A DNA stretch of 64,000 nucleotides from assembly GCA_964035545.1 (NCBI GenBank), contig OZ037768.1, positions 20,443,700-20,507,699 on the forward strand. The letters run 5' to 3'. A program made the position numbers and the translations under genes. This document shows, piece after piece, positions 13,318 through 24,600 of the stretch. The notes under the pieces are model-generated. The model worked only from the letters and a program-made list of their open reading frames with translations, had not been told where the DNA came from and searched no databases. Position 1 is the first letter of the stretch. Every line of letters starts with the position of its first letter. The DNA comes from Bugula neritina (Eukaryota; Animalia; Bryozoa).

Positions 13318-13723
13318 CTTCCCAGTTAGACGCTATTTATTTATTTTGGTACAATATAAATTTATATATGTATTGTATGTGCAATTTATTTAAATATTAT
13401 TGAAAATGAAATAAATGTATGTTTAAGTCAATTTGGATTATTAGATTTCCTTTAATCTTGAAGTACATTCTTTTAATCTGCATTACCTTATTAAAATGAA
13501 AAAATATTTCATGAATAAGTATTCATTAAAGTTAATGTCTAATATTAATGTACTACTGTTTTTTTTGTCCCACACAAATCCGTGAAAATTGGAATATTAT
13601 TCCAAATAATTCATATTACTATTATTTTATGTTTAGCAATCAATGCAACAGTTATATAGGTATATATAGGTATATTGCTACATATATTGTACCAAAACAA
13701 AAAAATAGCGGCTAACTTGGATG
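13318..13723 (+). mobile_element. ~400-bp non-autonomous TIR element (MITE), copy 1
   Basis: Left end CTTCCCAGTTAGACGCTATTT; right end AAATAGCGGCTAACTTGGATG (imperfect inverted repeat). Interior (TTTTGTCCCACACAAAT..GAAAATTGGAATATTATTC; AATAAGTATTCATTAAAG) matches the reverse complement of 46034-46432. Confidence 0.75.
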
Positions 13724-14017
13724 AAACCAGCTTTGAGATTGAGTACGAGATGATATGAAGTGTCCACTGGTACTACCAGTACCACTCGTAGTCCTACTAA
13801 TAGTAGTACTACTACTAGTACTAGTAGTAGTGCTAGAGTAGCAGTTGTACTAGTTATACTAAGTTCCTCTGCTTTTGTATGATGCATAGTCCTATAACGC
13901 ATTAAAAGTTGAAAAATAGACCTCCAAGTGCTTGACCTGGCAATTTTTAATTATGTGTACTTATATTTTCTAGTCCTGGAAGTTTGCGCTGGGTTGGTTC
14001 TTGATATCTATGGCAGA

Positions 14018-16806
14018 ATGGAAAATGTCCGTCTGACTGAATTACCTGGTGATCAGAAAAATCGCAAGCCACTGTGTGATATCCAAATAAATGCTGACAA
14101 TGTGACCACTAATCTTTATACAAATACTCGGGAGTTTAAGGAGTATCTTGAGTCTTTCATGCATGAGGAGCTGTACAAACTGGTGATCCAAGATGTCTTC
14201 TCTATCTTACCACCAGGTGATAGATTTTACTACATAAGTTTGTATGCCCTGAGCTGTAGCGGCAGTGGTAGTAGTGTTAGTAGTAGTGGTGGTACTGGTA
14301 GCAGAACCAGTACTGGTAACAGAACCAGTACTGGTAGCAGAACCAGTACTGGTAACAGAAGCAGTACTGGTAACAGAAGCAGTACTGGTAGCAGAAGCAG
14401 TAGTAGTAGTAGTAGCATTACTGCTGCTACTGCTGCTACTACTGCTACTAGTAGTAGTAGCAGTAGTAGTAGAAGTAGTAGTAGGATTAGCAGTAGTAGT
14501 AGTAATAGTAGTAGTGGTGGTGGTGGTGGCGGCGATAGTAGCGGTACTGATAGTGGTACTAATAGCGATAGTAATAGTGATAATGATGGTTATTGTTATA
14601 GTGATAATGGAAGTGTTGGTAGTAGTAATAGCAGGAGAATACATGATGCCAATAGTCAATGAGAGAATAGCCTTAGAAGTTGGTGCCCATACTTGAAGGC
14701 ATTATTTTGTGTGAAATATTCAGTTATGTAAAGAGATGACAACGTGTTTAGCATTAGAATAGTTGGTGAAAATGAGTGACTTCCATGGTTCCACTCACAC
14801 ATGACGAAGAAGAGCTTTACCACACTGCTATTTATTCATACTTACACAGTATTTAAAATGATTTGTATAAATTCCATGTCAATGAGTGTCAAAAATCTAT
14901 TCGAACTAGTATTTGCTATTTCACTTTCATGATTTATGGCATTGAACCTGTTGCAGACACCCCTCTGGATATGGTGGTCTCTCAAGTTACAGAATATTTG
15001 AAATCAGACACAGCCACTTCACAACTTTCTCCAGTGGCAGTCCGAGAGCCACGCACTCGTAAACGGTAATTGTGAATGAGTCATGATAGTATTTAGTGAG
15101 TAGTAATAGTATTTAGAGAGTAGTGATAGTATATAGTAAGTAGTAATAGTATTTAGTTAGTAGTGATAGTATTTAGTTAGTAGTAATAGTATTTAGTAAG
15201 TAGTGATAGTATTTAGAGAGTAGTGATAGTATATAGTAAGTAGTAATAGTATTTAGTTAGTAGTGATAGTATTTAGTTAGTAGTGATAGTATTTAGTGAG
15301 TAGTAATAGTATTTAGTAAGTAGTAATAGTATTTAGTAAGTAGTGATAGTATTTAGAGAGTAGTGATAGTATATAGTAAGTAGTGATAGTATTTAGTTAG
15401 TAGTGATAGTATTTAGTTATTAGTGATAGTATTTAGTGAGTAGTAATAGTATTTAGTAAGTAGTAATAGTATTTAGTAAGTAGTGATAGTATTTAGTTAG
15501 AAGTGATAGTATATAGTAAGTAGTGATGGGATTTAATAAATAGTGTTCGTTATGTTACTAATAACTCATCATTAGTTTACAGTTTTAGTGCTGCAGTATG
15601 AAAAGGTTTGGAGAATTTGCTTTTTCTTATTGTTTCTGTGATTATTTCATAGCAGCAAAGTAGACTGCAATGACTCTATTTCTATTTATACTCATGTTAC
15701 TGTTTCAGGCGAACAGCTGATTTTGAGATCTATGAAAAGGGTATTTCATTACTTGAGAATTCTCCTTCACCTTCGAATAAAGTTCGTCGTCGGTCGAAGC
15801 GTTTGCGGTCTTCACTGGCCCTTTACGGTTTGTATTTATTATAATCTCACTTAGCACTAGTGCTGAGCTGGTATGTGGAATACTGAAGATACTGAAATTA
15901 AGTGGTTGTTCAACTGTGTCAGTATTTTCTATTATTATCGGTACTAGCTTTTCCATTATGTATTTCTGGTGCTTTGCCTGTTGGTGCAACATTTGTTTCT
16001 AAAATCTTATGATTTGTTATGACTAGACACCTTAAATATTTTATTATACACTTTCAGGTAAACCTAGAGTTGCACCCGCTTTACGCCAAAAGCCTTCCTC
16101 AGGTTTAGACTTGAAGGTATTTGATCAGAAGGGTGTAGATGTCCCGAACAGTTATTCAGAGAATTTTCCAGAAATTCCTCGTACAGACGAGTCATACACA
16201 AATGATCCTTGCGCAGACATACCATGTGTAGACGTGATTAGTGCAGACACAGACATTCCTTGCTCAGATGTGCCTAGTGCAGACGTGGCTAGTGCAGACA
16301 TGCCTAGTGCAGACGTGGCTAGTGCAGACATGGCTAGTGCAGACGTGGCTAGTGCAGACATGGCTAGTGCAGACGTGGCTAACACTGATTACTCAGAGGC
16401 TGAGCCACCGATGTGCCCTTCACTTGATACCTCTTTAGCTAATATAAGTAGCAGCACATTTATTATAGATGATGAACAGTTTCCACTACCTCAGGACTTA
16501 GTAAACCTTTATACAAACACAAACTACGTCGCTCCATCCCCAACTACTCTCTCTACAATATTTGAAACCCCACGGCTAGTAAAAGGAGATGAGGTGTTTT
16601 ATTCTAAAGTAGCCAAGTATAGATATTTTAAATTTGATGAAGGGTGCTGGTACCATGTCCCGCCTGCCAAACGAATTTTACGAAGGAAAAAAGCTAGAAA
16701 CAATGGTTGGACTAAAGCAACAAAAGCTATTGATCAGCAGTGTGCAAGTTTAGTAAGTGATGCAATGAATAGGTTGGATAAATTGATGCTAGAGGATTCT
16801 GATTAG
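14018..16806 (+). CDS. PRR14/PRR14L/Tantalus-domain protein, ~391 aa; exons 14018-14216, 14957-15065, 15709-15827, 16058-16806
   Basis: Phase-consistent GT-AG splicing (1176 nt). C-terminal LVNLYTNTNYVAPSPTTLSTIFETPR..K...F resembles the Tantalus-like domain (PRR14L-type LEEIYTNKNYKSP..LETIFEEPK). It ends RLDKLMLEDSD, similar to the PRR14 C-terminal helix, and has basic NLS-like patches. Confidence 0.72.
14255..14635. repeat. (AGT/GGT)n low-complexity tract with an 18-bp unit (AGAACCAGTACTGGTAAC)
   Basis: Starts ~40 nt after the donor at 14217; explains the Ser-, Val- and Thr-rich ORFs here. Confidence 0.9.
15083..15535. repeat. 20-bp minisatellite (TAGTGATAGTATTTAGTTAG)n, ~22 copies
   Basis: Regular 20-nt period visible, starting just after the donor at 15066. 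Confidence 0.95.
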
Positions 16807-18656
16807 TAGAATGCGGGATATAATCAAAATTCATTCTCTCATTTATGTTGACTGCAGCTGTTTTTACAATGTCTATTTTTACAGTATTAGATAATTCAGA
16901 ACATTATCAATATATTTTATTGTTCTTTCAGCAAGTATATTTTCAGCTTGTTTAGAACGGCAGACTATAACTAACAAGTATTGCATCATTTCCTGTTATT
17001 TCATAGGCAATTATGTTTTATTAACTGTATTAGTAACTGTTTGGCTGAATATTATGTTGTCTCATTTCTATGCCTTATAAATGTTATGATATGCAATCCA
17101 TCGAATTAGAGGCAAAAACCGTTTTAAATTATACCCTACTGAATATACCCCTCATTTCCTTGTCTTTAAATAATATTAATAAAATTTGAAACTTCCTCGA
17201 TATTATACAAAATATTTCTGATAGAAGTTAATTTTTCAACTGCAATTTTACTAAGTAATTAGTAGTGTTCAACAGAGTTGGTTTTACATGCAAGTTGTTG
17301 ATATCACTTCTCATTATAATGCAGCACATTAACTAATGTTTGTCATTTTAAAAGTTTAATTAATATTGTGTTACTAAACAGTTACCTGGTTATAGGTATA
17401 TGAAATCAGTTTACGTTCTTGGAAAGTGGACATAATCTTATCATGAGCTAACTACCAAAATATTTGTTCCTAATAGGAACAAAATAGCTATTTGTTGCTT
17501 AAGTAACCTCAAATTGCTACTTTGTAGTGTCTAAAAGAAATGAATATAAAAATGAAAGCAAAACTCAAGTTATTAGGAGCAATGCTTCTCTAAATCCAAT
17601 TATTACATCCGCAACTGAGCAACGCTCTTCACGTTGTCCTATGTGAAACTCTGTGGTTATAAGCACTAAGTTTGGCTCAACCAGATTTTCCCAAAAGGTT
17701 TTCAGCTCATGAACAAATTTACTTGCAGTATCAACACAAATATTTTTCAGCAAGTCGGAACAGTGGTCATTCAAACAGTGGAGTTATCAGCCCTCAAATA
17801 GTGAATACGTTGAGCGTGGGTGATCAATTATTGGTCAATTTACAAAATCTCGCTGTGGCGGAAACTACAAATGTTTAAATAGATATGAATGAAACTGAAA
17901 GTCAGAGAAGTTTAGTGATATTAGGATTACTTAGAAGGGAATGGAAGAATTTGTTGTAGCTTGTAAACGGCTTTGCAGTAAACAGAATCATTATTATTAT
18001 GAATAGCAACGGCAATAGGATAGACTCATAGCCATAATCATAACGATAATCATTATCATAATTATAATGATTATTTATTTGATAATCATAATCATAATGA
18101 CTATCAGTATCACTATTAGTATTGAATATCAATATCACTATGACTATCAGTATCAATATGTTTATTAATTATCAATATTATTAATAAATTATAATGATAA
18201 TCATAATGATGAATAATCACAATCACTCAAAGTTGATCAGTAATGACTAAGTCTAATGACTAATGAGTAATAATAATTTCAGTATCAGTATGAGTATAGA
18301 ATTAATTAAGTATTCTTTACAATTGATTATTTAATATTTTTTATTTATAGTTATTGACTAAAATTAGTAATTAAAATCCAATACTTTAATCTAGTTTTAC
18401 TTTTGAATACTTTTCAGCGAAATCTATCTAAAATTTTCGTTTCCAATCTTTACTGCATAGAATTGGATGCATATTATTTTGTTTTAGGTAAGAACTAAGA
18501 TTTAAATGACAAATTCACATACAAGTACCCTACCAGTAACAGTTACTAAACTTATAAATTTAAACCAATCTTATTCTATAAAAATATTAAACAATCAACT
18601 ATTTAAGGCTTTTTGAAAAATTATTTAATACTTGATTTGAATTGGTAGAATTCAAA

Positions 18657-21600
18657 ATGGAGCGAAAAGCGGGAACAACTAACACCAAGTCCAAGCTTAT
18701 GCAACCGGGGAGTTTTAGTGTAAGCTTTATACGCTTTTATATTGTTTTGCAATAAAATATATTATGTTTCATACTCGTGCGCTATTTCAGTATTTGTATC
18801 CTATTTTATACTCTTCTCTCTGGTGTATTTCTAAAGGCTACTAAAAGGCGTAAACTTGGAGAAACAGCCACTGTTTCTACAGCCAGTACTGCCTCAGCCA
18901 GTAAGTTTGTTTATATTCTCAGCATTATAAGTGTGAATAGAGATTTACTTATGTTTTGTTCTAACCAAAAGTCTAGTTTCTCAGTTCTGATTATCACTAC
19001 TACATTGTCGGTGGTTGGTGGACTTGTATACTACACGTTAGTATCATCAATTTTCAGAATCTATTGCTTTATTAGTAAGTCTATGTGTTAGCTTCAAACA
19101 AGGTGATGACATTCATCTGTCCTTGAATTTTTAATTTTTAAAATACAATCAAGATGAATGTTCTGGTTATTCCAGATGTCACTGTCTCTCAAAGCAGCTT
19201 ATCAAAAAGGCGGCCATTGTCAACTACTGTACCATCCACTTCGCAAGCTTCCTCTAGCAGATCTAAGTCATTATTTTCAGGTTGGTGTTTATTAGAACGA
19301 ATTTTCTTCTGTGATGCTCAATGTTATCACCCAGGTTATGCTATATCATATTATTTCTATCATGCTTTATGTGAACATGTTTTATAACCACTACATTCCC
19401 ATTGCTTCGCACTATGCGAATGAATTTTTCATTCAATGTTTGGGAACGAAATCAAAATTGTAAGTTCATGGAAACCGCAACCACAAATTCACCCGTACAA
19501 ATGCTAAAAAGCAATGGGAACGCAGCGAATAGCTCAAGGTCTTGAGGGTCTCTCATCTCTCTTTTAGTCTGTACATAGGCTTGGTATTTGCTTAGTTTAC
19601 CTACCACAAAGTTATAATCACGAGGAACACAAAATTAATTGTATAATGCAAAAGGGCAAAGTGTTTTGATAAAATCTCAATAGTATATTTACCACATGAT
19701 GTTGGTCTGATTTTAATGATACAAATATGTCTAAAGTGATTGTTTTAATTATCATTCTAGTAGGTACTCGATCATCGGCTAACATCAAGACTGCGGCTGC
19801 TAAGAAACCTGCCACTTCAAGTGCTCCAAAGGTAAGCAATGAGTATTCAATATTTCACTTCTACTTAACCACAGCTTGGGCGTTGCCTTTACTTTAAACT
19901 ATTTGTCTCAACTCCATAGTGTTCAGCTGCTACTGAAATTTTTAAATAATATAAAATCGTTTTGATACGCATTTAAAAATAATTTCTCCTTCAGATAAAC
20001 AGAAGTGATTAAAGTTGAACATCACTTGTTGTCCATACTTGTGTCTCAATCTACCATTCCCAATGCCAGTGTAGGATACATTCTTCCAGCCGGTGTTATA
20101 TTCTATGTTGAAGGGTACAACTGCACCCAAACGAGCAGCTTGGGATACGAAAGGAAAACTGGAAGACCTGACAAAACAGTTTGAATCATTTAGAAAAGAA
20201 ATGTTAAACAAGGAGAACATGGCGCAACAGGTGGTTGAGCAGAAGGACCAGGCTATTGTGAAAATAGAGTGTGAAATGAGCGAACAGGTGCTAGTTTTAT
20301 TGGCTCATATTGTCTATTTATAGATTACTATTAGTGTATTTATAGATTACTATTAGTATATTTATGGATTACTATTAATGTATTTATAGATTACTATTAG
20401 AATATTATATTTTATATTGCTTTTTGTATATTTATAATTTATTAATTTTCTTTTTATTGATTACTATTAACATATTAATATATTACTATTAGTATGTTAG
20501 TAGATTACTATTAGTCTATTTTTTATCTGCACCAATAATAGACAATAGTTGGATAGATTTTTATAATATTGAAGACATGTGATATAAATGTTATAATATT
20601 TTCTTACATGTGACTTCAACAGGGTTTTAACTTTATTAAACACAGTATATTTATTGTAATGACGCATTATTATGTATTTACAATGTTTTTTTATTTCTTT
20701 ATTCTTTGCCATAAATGCAGCTGCAAGGTGCCAACAAAGAATGTGAAAAACTCAAGAATGAGTTGCAACAAAAAAATACTGAATTTGAAGTGGAAAGGGA
20801 GAGCTTCGTGAAAAAACTCAAAGAGCTGAAAGATGAGAATGCTGCTTTACAGGACAAGTGAGCAGTTATGTTGTAGACTGGTATCTGTGTATGACGGATA
20901 GGAAAAGATAAGGAGTAATTTATTTGGTTGCAGATTCTGAACTTTAAGGCTATGCATATTTCTCAATTCTCTAGATATGTAGCTAGGTACACCTCTTTTC
21001 ACATCTCCCACCTCTCCTCCCTCCCACCTCTCCTCTCTCTCCTCCCTCTCCTCTCTCCCACCTCTCCTCTCTCCCACCTCTCCTCTCTCTCACCTCTCCT
21101 CTCTCCCACCTCTCCTCCCTCTCACCTCTCTCTCACCTCTCCTCCCTCTCTCACCTATCCTCCCTCCCACCTCTCCTCTCTCTCACCTCTCCTCTCCTCT
21201 CTCCCACCTCTCTTCTCTCCCACCTCTCCTCTCTCTCACCTCTCTCCTCTCTCACCTCTCTTCTCTCTCTCTCCTCTCTCTCACCTCTCCTCTCTCCCAC
21301 CTCACCTCTCCTCTCTCTCACCTCTCTTCTCTCCCACCTCTCTTCTCTCTCACCTCTCCTCTCTCCCACCTCACCTCTCCTCTCTCTCACCTCTCTCCTC
21401 TCTCACCTCTCTTCTCTCTCTCTCCTCTCTCTCACCTCTCCTCTCTCCTCTCTCCTCTCTCACCTCTCCCACCTCACCTCTCCCACCTCTCCTCCCTCTC
21501 ACCTCTCTCTCACCTCTCCTCTCTCTCACCTCTCCTCTCTCCCACCTCTCCTCCCTCTCACCTCTCTCTCACCTCTCCTCTCTCTCACCTCTCCTCCCTC

Positions 21601-24600
21601 TCACCTCTCCTCTCTCTCACCTCTCCTCTCTCTCACCTCTCTTCTCTCTCACCTCTCCTCTCTCTCACCTCTCCTCTCTCTCACCTCTCCTCCCTCTCTC
21701 ACCTCTCCTCCCTCTCTCACCTATCCTCCCTCCCACCTCTCTTCTCTCCCACCTCTCCTCTCTCTCACCTCTCACCTCTCTTCTCTCTCTCTCCTCTCTC
21801 TCACCTCTCCTCTCTCCCACCTCACCTCTCCTCTCTCTCACCTCTCTTCTCTCCCACCTCTCTTCTCTCTCACCTCTCCTCTCTCCCACCTCACCTCTCC
21901 TCTCTCTCACCTCTCTCCTCTCTCACCTCTCTTCTCTCTCTCTCCTCTCTCTCACCTCTCCTCTCTCCTCTCTCACCTCTCCCACCTCACCTCTCCCACC
22001 TCTCCTCCCTCTCACCTCTCTCTCACCTCTCCTCTCTCTCACCTCTCCTCTCTCCCACCTCTCCTCCCTCTCACCTCTCTCTCACCTCTCCTCTCTCTCA
22101 CCTCTCCTCCCTCTCACCTCTCCTCTCTCTCACCTCTCCTCTCTCTCACCTCTCTTCTCTCTCACCTCTCCTCTCTCTCACCTCTCTTCTCTCTCACCTC
22201 TCCTCCCTCTCTCACCTATCCTCCCTCCCACCTCTCCTCTCTCCCACCTCTCCTCTCCTCTCTCCCACCTCTCCTCTCCTCTCTCCCACCTATCCTCTCT
22301 CTCACCTCTCCTCCCTCTCACCTATCCTCTCTCTCACCTCTCCTCCCTCTCACCTCTCCTCTCTCTCACCTCTCCTCTCCTCCCTCCTCTCCTCTCTCTC
22401 ACCTCTCTTCTCTCTCACCTCTCTTCTCTCCCACCTATCCTCTCTCTCACCTCTCCTCCCTCCCACCTCTCCTCTCTCCCACCTCTCCTCTCTCTCCTCC
22501 CTCTTCTCCTCTCTCTCACCTCTCTTCTCTCTCACCTCTCTTCTCTCCCACCTATCCTCTCTCTCACCTCTCCTCCCTCCCACCTCTCCTCTCTCTCCTC
22601 CCTCCTCTCCTCTCTCCCACCTCTCTTCTCTCCCACCTCTCCTCCCTCTCTCACCTATCCTCTCTCCCACCTCTCTTCTCTCCCACCTCTCCTCCCTCTC
22701 TCACCTATCCTCTCTCCCACCTCTCCTCTCTCCCACCTCTCTTCTCTCCCACCTATCCTCTCTCTCACCTCTCCTCCCTCTCACCTATCCTCTCTCTCAC
22801 CTCTCCTCCCTCTCACCTCTCCTCTCTCTCACCTCTCCTCTCTCTCACCTCTCCTCTCTCCCACCTCTCCTCTCTCTCCTCCCTCCTCTCCTCTCTCTCA
22901 CCTCTCTTCTCTCTCACCTCTCTTCTCTCCCACCTATCCTCTCTCTCACCTCTCCTCCCTCCCACCTCTCCTCTCTCTCCTCCCTCCTCTCCTCTCTCCC
23001 ACCTCTCTTCTCTCCCACCTCTCCTCCCTCTCTCACCTATCCTCTCTCTCACCTCTCCTCCCTCCCACCTCTCCTCTCTCTCACCTCTCCTCTCCTCTCT
23101 CCCACCTCTCTTCTCTCCCACCTATCCTCTCTCTCACCTCTCCTCCCTCCCACCTCTCCTCTCTCTCCTCCCTCCTCTCCTCTCTCCCACCTCTCTTCTC
23201 TCTCACCTCTCCTCTCTCTCACCTCACTTCTCTCTCACCTCTCCTCTCTCTCACCTCTCCTCTCTCTCACCTCTCCTCCCTCTCCTCCCACCTCTCCTCT
23301 CTCTCACCTCTCCTCCCTCTCACCTCTCTTCTCTCCCACCTCTCTTCTCTCCCACCTCTCCTCTCTTCTACCTCCTACTTTTCTAGCACAGCTCTTTACC
23401 CTTCCTATACTCATGCAGTATGTAAAGAACTGACACAGTTGGCAGCTGTAGGCTGGCTAATGGCTTTCATGTCTTACTGTGTGCTTTAGACTGGAGTTGG
23501 TGAACCAGCAGCTGCGAACAGAACAGAAAATGTCGGCCAAGTTGCGTCTCGATGAGAAAGACCTAAAGCTGGATTTAGAGTCTAGAGACAACACTATACA
23601 GCAGAACCTTAGTAGGTTCATTCTCCGTCCTGTATTCATACCACATCCACACTTTTGAGATGTATTCTAACTTTAGTAAATTAGACTAAATGTTCATTTT
23701 ATAGCTGCAGTCTCCTATCTGTTACATCCAGTAGTAATCTGATACTACGTTGGAATATTTTGATTCAGCTGCTGCTGTTACTCCAAGATTTTCGCTTTAT
23801 CTTTTGAAGATGGAGTTTTGGGCCGCCATGTTATGAGCCTCTAGTTTTTAAGTCAACACTTGAGCACTTCCTGTTTTGCTACTCAAGTTCTAAAATCCTT
23901 TCTGTCTATTTGCAGTTTGATTGTCACATGAAAAGAGCTTAGGGTTGACAGGTTGAAATGGAACCAAGTCTAAATGTTTTCTTTTATAAAAGAGCCAAGC
24001 AATGTTTAGGGCGACGTGTGCAGGTTGTCATGTTGTTGCAGGTAAGATTGCAAGCTTGGATACCCGAGTAAAGGAGTGCGAGGGGGTGATAGAGGAGCTG
24101 AACAAGGATAAGCTGGAACACGAGTATGAGAGAAGAAAGTTACACAACACAATCCAGGAACTCAAGGTATGAGCACACGACTCCTTGTTGAGCAGCCGCT
24201 ACTATGGGCTGTGTATGTGTAGCATAGAGGGCTCTCTTAACCCACCCTGCCTTTATTTAATGGTTCTAAGGCTAATCATGAAGTTATTACTTTGGTTTCG
24301 TACTAGATTCAACACGGCTGTGAGCTAAACTTATTACAAGGTGATATAAATTATGAGCGCACCTTTTACTTATAGTTGTTTCGTTTTTGCATAATGTTAT
24401 GATATGTTTTAAAACTATTTTCAGCCTGAATTGTACTTTCAGAATATCATATTTTTGCAGCTCTAGCAACTTATTGTGTCTTTTTAGGGTAACATAAGAG
24501 TATTTTGTCGTGTGCGACCATGTCTGCCGTCAGACGGAGAGCAAGAAAATATTTATTCATATCCAGATATAGACCAGAAGAAGGTGCAGGGAAATTCATT

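Noticed and set aside
14217-14696. Ser/Gly-rich ORF extension and Val/Thr/Leu-rich overlapping ORFs
   Set aside because: Low-complexity intron sequence after the donor at 14217.
20928-23489. 853-aa Leu/Ser/Pro ORF and antisense Arg/Glu/Gly ORFs
   Set aside because: They arise from the G-free CT satellite inside a kinesin intron whose flanking exons splice in phase.
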